From NCBI GenBank assembly GCA_021734905.1, contig JAIPIB010000001.1:136821-200820 (forward strand): DNA of 64,000 bases. The letters are read 5' to 3'. The position numbers were made by a program, and so were the translations under genes. Of the stretch, positions 54,246 to 64,000 are shown in pieces. The first letter of the stretch is position 1. The number at the start of each line of letters is the position of its first letter. Source of the stretch: Minisyncoccota bacterium. Its GTDB lineage: Bacteria > Patescibacteriota > Minisyncoccia > Phycocordibacterales > UBA918. The notes beneath the pieces were generated by a model that was not told where the DNA came from, did no database searches, and saw only the letters and a program-made list of their open reading frames with translations.

Positions 54246-54680
54246 ATGAAAAAGGGAATTGATTACACAGGCATTGTCGTGGTATTTGCTTGTCACGATG
54301 GAGAAGGTAATTTTCTTTTTGCAAAGCGAGGCAAGGGCGCTCGTGATGCGGTAGGTATGTGGGAGATTAACGGCGGTGGCCTTAAGTTTGGCGAGACTGT
54401 CGAGGATTCATTACATAGAGAACTGAAGGAAGAGCTTTGTACTGTGGCGATAAATCATCAATTTGCAGGATTTTGTGATCTTATTGACACACGTGACGGG
54501 AAGAATAACCATTGGCTCGCTATGATTTATCAAGTTAGAGTTGATCCTAGAGCCGTTTCGATTGGTGAGCCAGACAAGTGTGACGAGCTTTTGTGGTGTT
54601 CGTTAGACAATTTACCATCACCACTGCATATTGGGGTATTGCCAACTCTCGAAAAAATTAAATCACTCAAATCAAATTAA
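54246..54680 (+). CDS. Nudix hydrolase.
   Basis: Nudix box 'GGGLKFGETVEDSLHRELKEELC'. Confidence 0.8.
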   Translation: MKKGIDYTGIVVVFACHDGEGNFLFAKRGKGARDAVGMWEINGGGLKFGETVEDSLHRELKEELCTVAINHQFAGFCDLIDTRDGKNNHWLAMIYQVRVDPRAVSIGEPDKCDELLWCSLDNLPSPLHIGVLPTLEKIKSLKSN

Positions 54681-54690
54681 TACTCCAAGT

Positions 54691-55374
54691 ATGCATTTTC
54701 ATGTAATAACTTTATTTCCAGAAATTTGTGAGACATATACAAATTCTTCTATTCTTGGTCGTGCCCAGAAAACAGAGAAGGGGAAGGGAGCAAAACATCG
54801 AGGGAAAAAAATAAGTGTCACCTACTACAATCCACGAGGATACACCAAGGACAAACATCATAAGGTAGACATGCGCCCATACGGCGGTGGCCCTGGTATG
54901 GTGATGATGGCTGAACCAATTCTTAAGGCGTGGGAAAAAGCAGTAGGGAGGAAAAAGGATCACAAGAGGGTGAAGACGCTCATCATGTCTCCACGAGGAA
55001 AAAAGTTTGATACTGCTATGGCGAAGAAACTCGCAGAAAAGTATGATCACCTCGTGCTCATTTCAGGGCGCTATGAGGGGATTGATTCTCGAGTGAAAAA
55101 GATTTTAAAAGCAGAGGAAGTTTCAGTGGGGGATTACGTACTCACGGGAGGGGAGCTTCCTGCGCTTACGATTATTGATTCTGTCTCACGCCAAGTGCCA
55201 GGAGTTCTCGGTACCTTCGAGTCGCTCGAAGAAGAGCGTGTCTCAAGTGGGGAAATGTACACGCGCCCTGAAGGCCTCGAATATAAGAAGAAGAAATATA
55301 AAGTCCCGTCGGTGCTTATGAAAGGGAATCATGCGGAGATAGAGCGTTTTAAGCTTTCTCAAAACAAGAAATAA
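54691..55374 (+). CDS. trmD: tRNA (guanine37-N1)-methyltransferase.
   Basis: 'MHFHVITLFPEICE...' and 'LISGRYEGIDSRV...GDYVLTGGELPALTIIDSVSR' are TrmD SPOUT motifs. Start set at MHFHV; the ORF-track start at 54631 overlaps the nudix gene. Confidence 0.85.
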   Translation: MHFHVITLFPEICETYTNSSILGRAQKTEKGKGAKHRGKKISVTYYNPRGYTKDKHHKVDMRPYGGGPGMVMMAEPILKAWEKAVGRKKDHKRVKTLIMSPRGKKFDTAMAKKLAEKYDHLVLISGRYEGIDSRVKKILKAEEVSVGDYVLTGGELPALTIIDSVSRQVPGVLGTFESLEEERVSSGEMYTRPEGLEYKKKKYKVPSVLMKGNHAEIERFKLSQNKK

Positions 55375-55375
55375 C

Positions 55376-55417
55376 GAACTTACCCTACCTCGTCCACGTG
55401 GACGAGGTAGGGTAAGT
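55376..55417 (+). terminator. Long hairpin after trmD.
   Basis: 'aacttaccctacctcgtccacgtggacgaggtagggtaagtt' is an 18-bp stem. Confidence 0.55.
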
Positions 55418-55535
55418 TGAAATAGACCACTTAAAATAGACTACTTAAAGAAATGTAACCAAGGCATAGACCAACAGGACCGCGCTGTTCAAACAGGTCG
55501 GTCCTGTTAGGTTTTGGTTGTTAGAGTCTGTTGTA

Positions 55536-55564
55536 TTGACGTAAAACGGTAAGTTTGTTATACT
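55536..55564 (+). promoter_or_regulatory. Putative sigma70-type promoter for rpoBC, followed by a ~275-nt leader.
   Basis: 'ttgacgtaaaacggtaagtttgttatact' reads as -35 ttgacg, 17-nt spacer, -10 tatact. A small hairpin + T-run at about 55745-55772 ('cacgcaaacgcgtggtttttt') could be an attenuator. Confidence 0.45.
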
Positions 55565-55838
55565 CTCGCCCATACGCAATACGCTCATGAATGTGTCCTG
55601 GATGTGCGATTTTTATATGGAGGGGTTTAGCGAGTATATGTAAGTGGTACATATACAGGATGAGGCACCATACGGGGCTTCATAAATCATACATCACGTG
55701 ATGCACGTATTACACGCTAAGTAAAAAAAGTATCGTTAGAAAGACACGCAAACGCGTGGTTTTTTGGTTTAGAGGGAGAGACTTAAGTGGTCCTAAAATG
55801 TCGACTAATTATTTAATTATTAACTAGCACAATATTCT

Positions 55839-58800
55839 ATGGCACAGGCACCTCAGGAGACAACAAACGTAACTGTCGGGAAATTCCCAAAGAAGCGGTT
55901 TCAGAATTTCAGAGATTCACAAGTCCCACTTCCAGATCTCGTTGAACCTCAGCGACTTTCGTATACCAACTTTATTGAAGTTGGGCTCAAAGATGTCTTC
56001 AAGGAATTTTCTCCGATTAGTGATTATTCTGAGAAGAAGTTTGAATTGGTACTCAAGAAGTATGAACTTGGCGCTCCTAAAACGACACCTGAGTATGCCC
56101 ATGACAATAAAATTACTTACGAAGCGCCACTTCGTGCACAGATAGTTTTAAAGAATAAGACTTTTGGAGGTGAAAAAGAGCAGGAGATTTTCCTTGCAGA
56201 CATTCCTGTAATGACTGAAAATGGAACATTCATCATCAATGGTGTAGAGCGTGTGATTGTGCCTCAGTTGGCAAGATCATATGGAATCTTTTTTACAACA
56301 AACGAATCAAAAGGTAGGACACTTTTTGGAGCAAAAATAATCCCAGCCAGAGGTGCTTGGGTTGAGATCGAATCTGAGGCTGATGGTGTGATCTATGTCA
56401 AAATCGACCGAAAGCGAAAATTCCCAGTTTCGTCACTTTTTCGCGTGTTTGGAATAACAGTCGATAAGGATATCCAGAAGCTTTTTAAGGGAGTACCCCA
56501 TGCAGATGAGTACATAACAAAGACACTTGCAAAGGATGTTGCAAAGACGACGGATGACTCATTTATTGAAATATATCGACGACTTCGAGATGGAGACCTT
56601 GCGACAGTAGAAAATGCAAAGGAATTTGTAGGGTCAATTTTTAGCGCACAGCGATATGACTTGTCAGAGATAGGACGACATCACTTTAACGAGCGTTTTG
56701 GCCTTGCAACAGATGCTAAGGCAGTATCACAACGAACAATTAGTGTTGATGATTTGGTGGCAATAATAAAAAATATTATTGAACAGAATCATACTCCCGA
56801 TGCACTTGCTGATGATATTGACCATCTTGGATTCCGTCGAGTTCGATACTTTGGTGAAATGCTCCAACAGCGTATGCGTGTTGGAATGACCCGCGTAAAG
56901 CGAAATATTCAGGATCGTATGTCTACGATTGAAGCAGAGACATCACTCCCAATGCAGCTCGTTAATCCTCGACCACTTCAGGCAGCTATTAAGGAATTTT
57001 TTACAACAAACCAACTCTCGCAGTTTATGCAACAGCAAAACATGCTTGCGGAACTTGAAGGACTCCGTACACTTTCTGCGCTTGGTCCCGGCGGACTTAC
57101 TCGAGAAAGAGCTGGCTTTGAGGTACGTGACGTACATACATCACATTATGGACGACTCTGTCCGATTCATACTCCAGAAGGACCAAACATCGGTCTCATT
57201 CTCCGTCTCTCTATGTATGCGCGTGTTAATCGTTTTGGAATTATTGAAACACCGTACGCTAAAGTTGAGAAAGGTGTCGTTAGTGATGAAATTGTATATT
57301 TTAACGCACATGAAGAAGAGCACTTCCATATTGCACATGCTGCTATTGAGGTTGGTGATGACGGAAAAATTAAACCAGACATGGTTGAAGTTCGTTTCCA
57401 TGGAGAACCGCGAATGGTTCCAAAGAAAGACGTTCACTACATGGACATTGCAACAAACCAGGCATTTTCAGTTGCAACATCAATGATTCCGTTTATTAAC
57501 CACGATGATGCAAACCGTGCACTCATGGGTAGTAACATGTTGAAACAAGCGACCCCCTGTATCGTCCAAGAGGCACCTCTTGTTGGAACAGGAGTTGAAG
57601 AAATGGCTGCGCGAGACACTGGAAGAATGATTGTTGCTGAAGATGCAGGTGAGGTTGTTGAAGCAGATGCACGACACATTGTTGTTAAGAATAAAGATGG
57701 AAAGAAAAAAGAATATACGCTTATAACATTCCAGCGAACAAACGATTTCTCAGCTTTCTCACATCGAACGTCAGTTTCTGTTGGAGATAAAGTAAAACGA
57801 GGTGATGTTCTTGCGAACACGTCATCGACTGACGAAGGTCAGATGGCTCTTGGGCAAAATATGCTTGTTGCTTTCATGAGTTGGAGTGGAGCAAACTATG
57901 AAGATGCGATCATCATCTCTGAACGAGTGGTAAAGGATAGTAAATTCGCAACGATTCATCTCGATGAGCTTGATGTTGCGGTTCGAGATACCAAACTTGG
58001 GCCTGAAGTTACCACTCCAGATATTCCAAATGTAAGTGAACAAAAACTTCGCAATCTTGATGAAGAGGGAATCATCCGTGTTGGGGCAGAGGTTCGACCT
58101 GGAGATATTCTTGTTGGTAAGGTTACTCCAAAGGGAGAGACACAACTTACACCAGAAGAACGACTCCTCAGATCAATCTTTGGTGAAAAAGCAAAGGATG
58201 TTAAAGATACATCACTTCGTCTTGAGGCAGGGAAACGAGGACGGGTCATTGGTGTAAAGATATTTACTCGAGAAAATGGAGATCAGCTTGAGAGTGGGGT
58301 TATTAAACGAATTCATATTACTGTTGCTCAAGTTCGTAACGTATCTGTTGGAGATAAATTGGCAGGCCGTCATGGAAACAAGGGAGTTATTTCGCGGATT
58401 CTTCCAGAAGAGGATATGCCGTACACAGAGGATGGAAAGCCAGTTGATGTCATTCTTACACCACTAGGAGTCCCTAGCCGTATGAACCTTGGACAGATTC
58501 TTGAGCTCCATCTTGGTATGGCTGCGAACACGCTTCAGTATCAAGCGATTGTACCTCCATTTGCCGGAGCGACAGAAAATGATGTAAAGGCAGAACTCGT
58601 TGCTGCAGGTTTTCCATCTGATGGAAAGCTTCCACTTCGAGATGGGCGTACTGGAGAGGCATTTGCACAACGTATTTCAGTCGGGTATATGTATATTCTT
58701 AAACTTCACCACATGGTTGAAGATAAGATCCACATGCGTTCAATTGGTCCCTACTCACTTATTACGCAACAGCCACTCGGCGGTAAGGCGCAAGTTGGAG

Positions 58801-59048
58801 GACAGCGATTTGGAGAAATGGAAGTCTGGGCACTTCTCGGTTATGGAGCTGCCTATACACTTCGTGAAATGCTTACCATCAAGTCAGACGATATTGTCGG
58901 TCGTTCAGCAGCATTCGATGCAATAGTCCGTGGAGAAAAAATTAGTCATCCACATACACCAGCAGCATTTAACGTGCTTGTAAATCAATTGCGTGGTCTT
59001 TCGCTTGATATAGATTTACGAAATGATGGGCACTCAGATCGAAATTAA
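55839..59048 (+). CDS. rpoB: DNA-directed RNA polymerase subunit beta (compact, 1069 aa).
   Basis: Conserved blocks include 'GRHGNKGVISRILPEEDMPY' and 'GGQRFGEMEVWALLGYGAAYTLREMLTIKSDD'. Confidence 0.95.
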   Translation: MAQAPQETTNVTVGKFPKKRFQNFRDSQVPLPDLVEPQRLSYTNFIEVGLKDVFKEFSPISDYSEKKFELVLKKYELGAPKTTPEYAHDNKITYEAPLRAQIVLKNKTFGGEKEQEIFLADIPVMTENGTFIINGVERVIVPQLARSYGIFFTTNESKGRTLFGAKIIPARGAWVEIESEADGVIYVKIDRKRKFPVSSLFRVFGITVDKDIQKLFKGVPHADEYITKTLAKDVAKTTDDSFIEIYRRLRDGDLATVENAKEFVGSIFSAQRYDLSEIGRHHFNERFGLATDAKAVSQRTISVDDLVAIIKNIIEQNHTPDALADDIDHLGFRRVRYFGEMLQQRMRVGMTRVKRNIQDRMSTIEAETSLPMQLVNPRPLQAAIKEFFTTNQLSQFMQQQNMLAELEGLRTLSALGPGGLTRERAGFEVRDVHTSHYGRLCPIHTPEGPNIGLILRLSMYARVNRFGIIETPYAKVEKGVVSDEIVYFNAHEEEHFHIAHAAIEVGDDGKIKPDMVEVRFHGEPRMVPKKDVHYMDIATNQAFSVATSMIPFINHDDANRALMGSNMLKQATPCIVQEAPLVGTGVEEMAARDTGRMIVAEDAGEVVEADARHIVVKNKDGKKKEYTLITFQRTNDFSAFSHRTSVSVGDKVKRGDVLANTSSTDEGQMALGQNMLVAFMSWSGANYEDAIIISERVVKDSKFATIHLDELDVAVRDTKLGPEVTTPDIPNVSEQKLRNLDEEGIIRVGAEVRPGDILVGKVTPKGETQLTPEERLLRSIFGEKAKDVKDTSLRLEAGKRGRVIGVKIFTRENGDQLESGVIKRIHITVAQVRNVSVGDKLAGRHGNKGVISRILPEEDMPYTEDGKPVDVILTPLGVPSRMNLGQILELHLGMAANTLQYQAIVPPFAGATENDVKAELVAAGFPSDGKLPLRDGRTGEAFAQRISVGYMYILKLHHMVEDKIHMRSIGPYSLITQQPLGGKAQVGGQRFGEMEVWALLGYGAAYTLREMLTIKSDDIVGRSAAFDAIVRGEKISHPHTPAAFNVLVNQLRGLSLDIDLRNDGHSDRN

Positions 59049-59073
59049 TAGTAGTCTTCTAAAAGTACATAAT

Positions 59074-62000
59074 ATGAAAACACAACCTCGTGAACAATTC
59101 AGTGAAGTAAGTCTCAAACTTGCATCACCTGAACGAATTCTTGAATGGTCTAAAGGCGAAGTCACAAAGCCAGAGACCATCAACTACCGAACGCAACGTC
59201 CGGAAAAACACGGACTTTTCGACGAGCGAATATTTGGACCGGTTGAAGACTACGAATGTGCATGTAAAAAGTACCGAGGTATTCGGTATAAAGGTATTAC
59301 GTGTGAAAAATGTGGTGTTGAAATCACACGATCAATCGTACGACGTGAACGAATGGGACATATTGATTTATGTGTTCCTGTGTCTCACATTTGGTTTCTT
59401 CGAGGGGTACCAAGTCGTATAGCTCTCATTTTGGGCACATCTGCAGCAAGCATTGAAAAAGTGATCTACTTTGCTGGGTATATCGTGACTAAAGTAAATG
59501 TGGCTGAAAAAACAAGAATCCTTAAAGACCTTGATGTTGAGTTTAAAACAAAATACAAAGAATTGAGTAGTGAAACTGCCCGTGATGAACTTAAGAGTCG
59601 TATGGACGGTATTAAGCATGAAATCGAGAGTATTACGCAAGGAACCATACTTGATGAGATGCACTACCATAAGTATTCGATGAAATACAGTACCTTGTTT
59701 GAGGCACGTATTGGAGCAGAAGCAATATTTGATATATTCAATAATCTCGATATGGTGCTTCTTCGTGATCGTCTTGAAAAAGAACGAGAGACTGCTGGCG
59801 CTGCAGAGAGAACAAAGCTTGATAAACGACTTTCACTTATCAAGGGAATGATTCATGCTGAAGTCCGACCTGAATGGATGTTCCTTGTACGACTTCCAGT
59901 TATTCCACCAGCCCTTCGACCTATGGTTGCACTTGAAGGCGGACGACACGCTTCGTCAGACCTAAACGACCTCTATCGTCGTGTGATAAATAGGAACAAT
60001 CGACTCAAAAAACTTATTGATATCATGGCTCCGGACGTTATTCTTCGAAACGAAAAACGTATTCTTCAAGAAGCAGTTGATGCCCTCATTGATAACTCAA
60101 TTCGTCATGGAAATACAGCGTACTCAGCAATGAGTCAAGCGCAACGGCGACCGCTTAAATCACTTTCAGATTACCTCAAGAGTAAGCAAGGTTATTTCCG
60201 TCAGAACCTTCTCGGAAAGCGTGTTGACTACTCTGGTCGTTCAGTGATCGTTATTGGTCCAGATCTTGCACTTGACCAGTGTGGACTTCCAAAACATATG
60301 GCACTTGAACTCTTCAGACCATTTGTTATTTCAAAGCTTCTTAAACAAGAGCTCGCGTACAACATCAGAGGTGCTGGTCGTCTCATTGAAGATGGGGTGC
60401 CAGAAGTTTGGGCAATACTCGAAGATGTCATTAAAGACAGACATGTCTTGCTCAACCGTGCTCCAACACTTCACCGACAGGGTATTCAGGCATTCCGCCC
60501 AGTACTTATTGAAGGTAACGCGATTCAGGTCCATCCACTTGTCTGTCGAGCATTCAATGCTGACTTTGACGGAGACCAAATGGCTGTACACGTACCACTT
60601 TCTGATGAAGCTCAGTATGAGGCAAGAGAAATAATTTCTGCAAACAAAAATATTCTAAAGCCAGGTAGTGCTGATCCTGTTGTTTCTGAAAAACTTCTCG
60701 ATATGGCACTTGGAGCTTTCTGGATGACGAAGATTATCCCAGATGCGAAAGGAGAGGGTAAATTCTTTCCGTCACCAAACGCTGCGATTACTGCCTACGA
60801 CTTCGACGTCATTGACATCAGAGCGAAGGTAAAAGTTCTTGCAACAGATACTCCAAAATATGCGCAGTTCGGAAACAAAATTTTCGAAACATCAGTAGGA
60901 CGACTTCTCTTTAACAGCGTTCTTCCGAGTGACCATTCATTTATTAATGATGTAATTACGCAACGAACGCTCTTTGGTGTCATTATCGACCTGATTGATG
61001 AACAGGGTATTGGATCTGTTCCGAAGATTGTTGACCGTATGAAGCGTTTTGGATTCCAGTACGCTACAAAGTCTGGCACAACATGGGGAATTGACGATGT
61101 TGTTGTACCAGAAGAAAAGAAAGGTATTATCGAGGCTGCACGAAAGGAAGAGGCAGGAGTTCTTGCTTTCTTCGATACGGGTCTTATTTCTCGAGATGAG
61201 CGACGCCGTATGGTTATTGAGATATGGCACAGAGCAAAGACCGAGATTGAAAAAACCCTTCCTGCAACGCTTGACGTAAATGGTTCTGTTTATGACATGT
61301 GGAAGTCAGGAGCTCGAGGATCAATGGGGCAGATTGCCATGATGGCAGGTATGAAGGGACTCATTATCAATACACGAGGTGAAACTCTTGAGTTTCCAAT
61401 TTTGTCGTCAATGAAAGAGGGTATGAGTCCGATTGAATATTTCATTACAACTCACGGTTCACGAAAAGGTCTTGCCGATACAGCACTCCAAACAGCAAAG
61501 GCTGGATACCTCACAAGACGCCTCTTCGTTGTTGCGCAAGACGCAATTGTTACTGAGGATGACTGTAAGACAAAGGAAGGAGTAACAATAGGTCGCGTAA
61601 GTTCTTCGGGTATTGAGATTGCGTTTAGTAAAGCGATTCGCGGACGTATTCTTGCCGCTGATGCAGTAACGAAGAGTGGTGATGTGTTGTTCAAAAAAGG
61701 ACACCTTCTCTCACGTATTGACTCAATGGGAGTTGAGAAGTCTGACATTAATACGGTTGAGGTACGTTCTCCAATGACTTGTAAGACGCTCCAGGGAGTC
61801 TGTCAGCAGTGTTATGGCATCGATTTGACTACGAATAAGCTTGTTGATATTGGAGAAGCAGTAGGTACTGTGGCAGCACAGGCGATTGGTGAGCCAGGAA
61901 CACAGCTTACGATGAATACAAAGCACGCTGGAGGAGCCGCATCAGTCGGTGGAGACGTGACACAGGGCCTTCCTCGTGTGGAAGAGGTGTTTGAAAAACG

Positions 62001-62730
62001 AGCTCCAAAGATTCCAGCAATTATTTCAAAGACCGACGGTATCATTACGAATATTCGTACCGAAGGAAAGGAAAAAATTATCACCGTTGCACCAACACTG
62101 GGCTCAAAGTATGCGACAAAGAAAAATGACAACATAGATTATGCTGTACATTTCAGACGAGTTGTTATAGTCGCTGAAGGAGATTCTGTGAAACAAGGAC
62201 AACTCCTTACAGACGGATCTGTACATCTTCCTGATTTATTTAAGTATGCTGGAGAGCAGATTACACAAGAGTATATTATCAACGAGACAAATAAGATTTA
62301 CGAATTACAGGGAGTTACGATAGCACGAAAACACATTGAGCTTATTGTGAAGCAGATGATGAGTCGCGTAAAAATAACTTTTGTAGGAGATAGTCATTTC
62401 ACTGTTGGTGACGTTGTCGAAGAATGGATTCTTGTGAAAATGAACAATGAGCTTAAAGAGGCTGGAAATGAAACAGCTAAGGGGGAAAAACTTATCTTGG
62501 GTATCACTGAGACATCTCTTTCACGAAAGAGCTTCCTTTCTGCAGCATCATTCCAAAATACAACACGTGTATTGATTAATGCAGCGGTACGAGGAAGTGA
62601 AGATAAACTTAGTGGACTTATGGAGAACGTAATTATCGGTCGTCTTATCCCAGCAGGAACGGGATTCAAAGGAAGTAATAAATATGAAGCGATAAAGAAA
62701 TTTGGGATAGACGCCGAGCGCGAAGATTAA
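59074..62730 (+). CDS. rpoC: DNA-directed RNA polymerase subunit beta'.
   Basis: Zinc motif 'CACKKYRGIRYKGITCEKCGVE'. Catalytic 'NADFDGDQMAVHVPLS'. Start set at 'MKTQPREQF' after the rpoB stop; the ORF-track start at 59023 overlaps rpoB. Confidence 0.95.
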   Translation: MKTQPREQFSEVSLKLASPERILEWSKGEVTKPETINYRTQRPEKHGLFDERIFGPVEDYECACKKYRGIRYKGITCEKCGVEITRSIVRRERMGHIDLCVPVSHIWFLRGVPSRIALILGTSAASIEKVIYFAGYIVTKVNVAEKTRILKDLDVEFKTKYKELSSETARDELKSRMDGIKHEIESITQGTILDEMHYHKYSMKYSTLFEARIGAEAIFDIFNNLDMVLLRDRLEKERETAGAAERTKLDKRLSLIKGMIHAEVRPEWMFLVRLPVIPPALRPMVALEGGRHASSDLNDLYRRVINRNNRLKKLIDIMAPDVILRNEKRILQEAVDALIDNSIRHGNTAYSAMSQAQRRPLKSLSDYLKSKQGYFRQNLLGKRVDYSGRSVIVIGPDLALDQCGLPKHMALELFRPFVISKLLKQELAYNIRGAGRLIEDGVPEVWAILEDVIKDRHVLLNRAPTLHRQGIQAFRPVLIEGNAIQVHPLVCRAFNADFDGDQMAVHVPLSDEAQYEAREIISANKNILKPGSADPVVSEKLLDMALGAFWMTKIIPDAKGEGKFFPSPNAAITAYDFDVIDIRAKVKVLATDTPKYAQFGNKIFETSVGRLLFNSVLPSDHSFINDVITQRTLFGVIIDLIDEQGIGSVPKIVDRMKRFGFQYATKSGTTWGIDDVVVPEEKKGIIEAARKEEAGVLAFFDTGLISRDERRRMVIEIWHRAKTEIEKTLPATLDVNGSVYDMWKSGARGSMGQIAMMAGMKGLIINTRGETLEFPILSSMKEGMSPIEYFITTHGSRKGLADTALQTAKAGYLTRRLFVVAQDAIVTEDDCKTKEGVTIGRVSSSGIEIAFSKAIRGRILAADAVTKSGDVLFKKGHLLSRIDSMGVEKSDINTVEVRSPMTCKTLQGVCQQCYGIDLTTNKLVDIGEAVGTVAAQAIGEPGTQLTMNTKHAGGAASVGGDVTQGLPRVEEVFEKRAPKIPAIISKTDGIITNIRTEGKEKIITVAPTLGSKYATKKNDNIDYAVHFRRVVIVAEGDSVKQGQLLTDGSVHLPDLFKYAGEQITQEYIINETNKIYELQGVTIARKHIELIVKQMMSRVKITFVGDSHFTVGDVVEEWILVKMNNELKEAGNETAKGEKLILGITETSLSRKSFLSAASFQNTTRVLINAAVRGSEDKLSGLMENVIIGRLIPAGTGFKGSNKYEAIKKFGIDAERED

Positions 62731-62944
62731 GGTATCGTAGCGAACTCTGGAAAACCCGTGGAAGACTTCGTCTTCCCCGGGTTTTCCAATGAAAAATCCT
62801 GAGGTAGGGTTAATGACCCTTCCTCCATTTTATCTATATGTGAATGGTATTGAACAGTCAAAAATAAACGGTGAATAGTGTTTAAAAACACCTGTTTTCA
62901 AACTGTTTCAGTATTACTAATTCATCGCGTATAATACTCGTACT

Positions 62945-64000
62945 ATGGCTGCTACACCTGTTGAGCAAATAAAAGAGCGATTGTCTATTGTTGATGTTAT
63001 TGGTGGCTATATAGAGCTGAAAAATGCAGGGAAGAGCTATAAAGGGAAATCTCCTTTCACTAACGAAAAGACTCCGTCGTTTTATGTCTCACCAGAGCGA
63101 GGTATGTATTATTGTTTTTCTTCTCAGCAAGGAGGAGACATTTTTACCTTCATTGAAAAGATGGAGGGGGTTGATTTTAAGGGTGCGCTTAAAATACTTG
63201 CAGAACGAGCTCATATCGAACTTGTTCCTGAAGATCCGAAAAAAAGAGATGCTAGAGAAACCCAGTATGCTCTCCTTGAGGAAGCGACGCAATATTTTTT
63301 TAAGACACGTGAAGAGCACTCTAAAATTGGTGAGTATATCGAAAAGCGAGGTGTGAAGGTCCAGACGGTACATTCATGGCGTATAGGGTATGCAAGAGAT
63401 GAGTGGAGAGCGGTGCGTCAGCATCTTAGTATAAAAGGGTTTACCGATGAACAGATGCTTTCTGCTGGACTGATAAAGAAGGCAGACCAAGGGAAGGAAC
63501 CGTATGATGTCTTCCGTGATCGTATTGTATTTCCTATTATGGATTCATCGGGGCATGTAGTTGCGTTTTCGGGTAGAACGATGAAAACTGAAACTGGTAT
63601 CCCCAAATATGTAAATTCTCCGGAGACAGAGCTATTTCAAAAGTCGGAGATTCTCTATGGATATGATAAAGCCAAGCACGGAATTCGCCAGTACGACTTC
63701 TCGCTCGTTGTGGAAGGGCAGTTTGACTTAGTTCTCGCGCATCAGGCGGGATACACGAATACTGTTGCAGTATCAGGTACAGCACTAACAAAGCATCATA
63801 TAATGCTTCTCCAGAGGCTCTCACAGAATGTTGTTCTAGCTCTTGATGCTGACAGGGCTGGTGTGTCTGCGGTTAAGCGATCCGCACTTCCGATGCTGCT
63901 CCAAGGCATGGATGTAAAAGTGGCACACATGCCTGACGGGCTTGATCCTGCAGATATCGTGCAAAGAGACCCTCATGAGCTTAAACAAATAGTAGGAAAG
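62945..64000 (+). CDS. dnaG: DNA primase, truncated at the 3' end by the window edge. Three of the four zinc-ribbon ligands appear substituted.
   Basis: Manual translation from ATG 62945: 'MAATPVEQIKERLSIVDVIGGYIELKNAGKSYKGKSPFTNEKTPSFYVSPERGMYYCFSSQQGGDIF...'. The TOPRIM segment is 'EGQFDLVLAHQAGYTNTVAVSGTALT...ALDADRAG'. There is no stop before position 64000. Confidence 0.85.
   Translation, partial: MAATPVEQIKERLSIVDVIGGYIELKNAGKSYKGKSPFTNEKTPSFYVSPERGMYYCFSSQQGGDIFTFIEKMEGVDFKGALKILAERAHIELVPEDPKKRDARETQYALLEEATQYFFKTREEHSKIGEYIEKRGVKVQTVHSWRIGYARDEWRAVRQHLSIKGFTDEQMLSAGLIKKADQGKEPYDVFRDRIVFPIMDSSGHVVAFSGRTMKTETGIPKYVNSPETELFQKSEILYGYDKAKHGIRQYDFSLVVEGQFDLVLAHQAGYTNTVAVSGTALTKHHIMLLQRLSQNVVLALDADRAGVSAVKRSALPMLLQGMDVKVAHMPDGLDPADIVQRDPHELKQIVGK

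Noticed and set aside
55426-55838. Riboswitch or rpoB-leader ncRNA in the 410-bp spacer before rpoB.
   Set aside because: Only a generic promoter, one hairpin and one small hairpin + T-run were seen. No conserved motif was recognised, so it is recorded as a promoter/possible attenuator within the feature list rather than as a finding.

Overview
The window is 64 kb of a low-GC (about 40%), gene-dense bacterial chromosome. Almost all genes are on the + strand and encode housekeeping functions: GatB C-terminus, GAPDH, RpiB, Rpe, split transketolase, L25, L31, RF1, S2, EF-Ts, PheS/PheT, GyrB, ThrRS, DnaE, RNase HII, L32, RNase III, SMC, RNase R, S16, TrmD, RpoB, RpoC, DnaG. Several of these are unusually compact (PheS 241 aa, PheT 642 aa, SMC 761 aa, RpoB 1069 aa). 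Other content includes cell-surface proteins, a sortase, prepilin, a GT2 membrane glycosyltransferase, a coiled-coil lytic transglycosylase, and no biosynthetic operons. Together this suggests a reduced-genome Patescibacteria/CPR-like organism, though the lineage assignment is an inference. The standard genetic code appears to be in use, since TGA terminates genes (for example at 8108-8110). Structured RNAs: one tRNA-Thr(UGU) and a probable Thr T-box leader ahead of thrS. Two accessory loci stand out. (i) 5556-9675 is a four-gene surface-protein operon. It contains two paralogous small T/G-rich secreted proteins whose C-termini resemble WxL domains with Trp replaced ('GTLTAV'). It also contains a DUF916/DUF3324-like protein (signal peptide, beta-rich ectodomain, C-terminal TM) and an FN3 membrane protein, and it follows a 1324-aa LamG/FN3 giant surface protein. 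(ii) 31231-37766 is an island headed by a sortase gene. It carries two tandem modules, each built as consensus promoter + conserved ~190-nt leader + GC-rich (about 55-58%) secreted or lipoprotein cargo gene(s) + hairpin + conserved ~65-nt element with a covarying inverted repeat + a surface protein ending in 'VPYTG'-TM-basic tail (a putative new sortase sorting motif). This island is the best candidate here for an undescribed system. Other notable items: a NusB-Nudix fusion protein; a family of long perfect palindromes sharing the core TTCCAGTTAACTGGAA at three sites; two 69-bp direct repeats derived from a tRNA 3' end, each with a terminator, downstream of tRNA-Thr; a 5' pseudo-duplicate of rnhB; and a DnaG whose zinc-ribbon ligands are largely lost. 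No CRISPR array, integrase, transposase or toxin gene was recognised. All calls rest on reading translated ORFs and sequence motifs by eye; no database searches were run.
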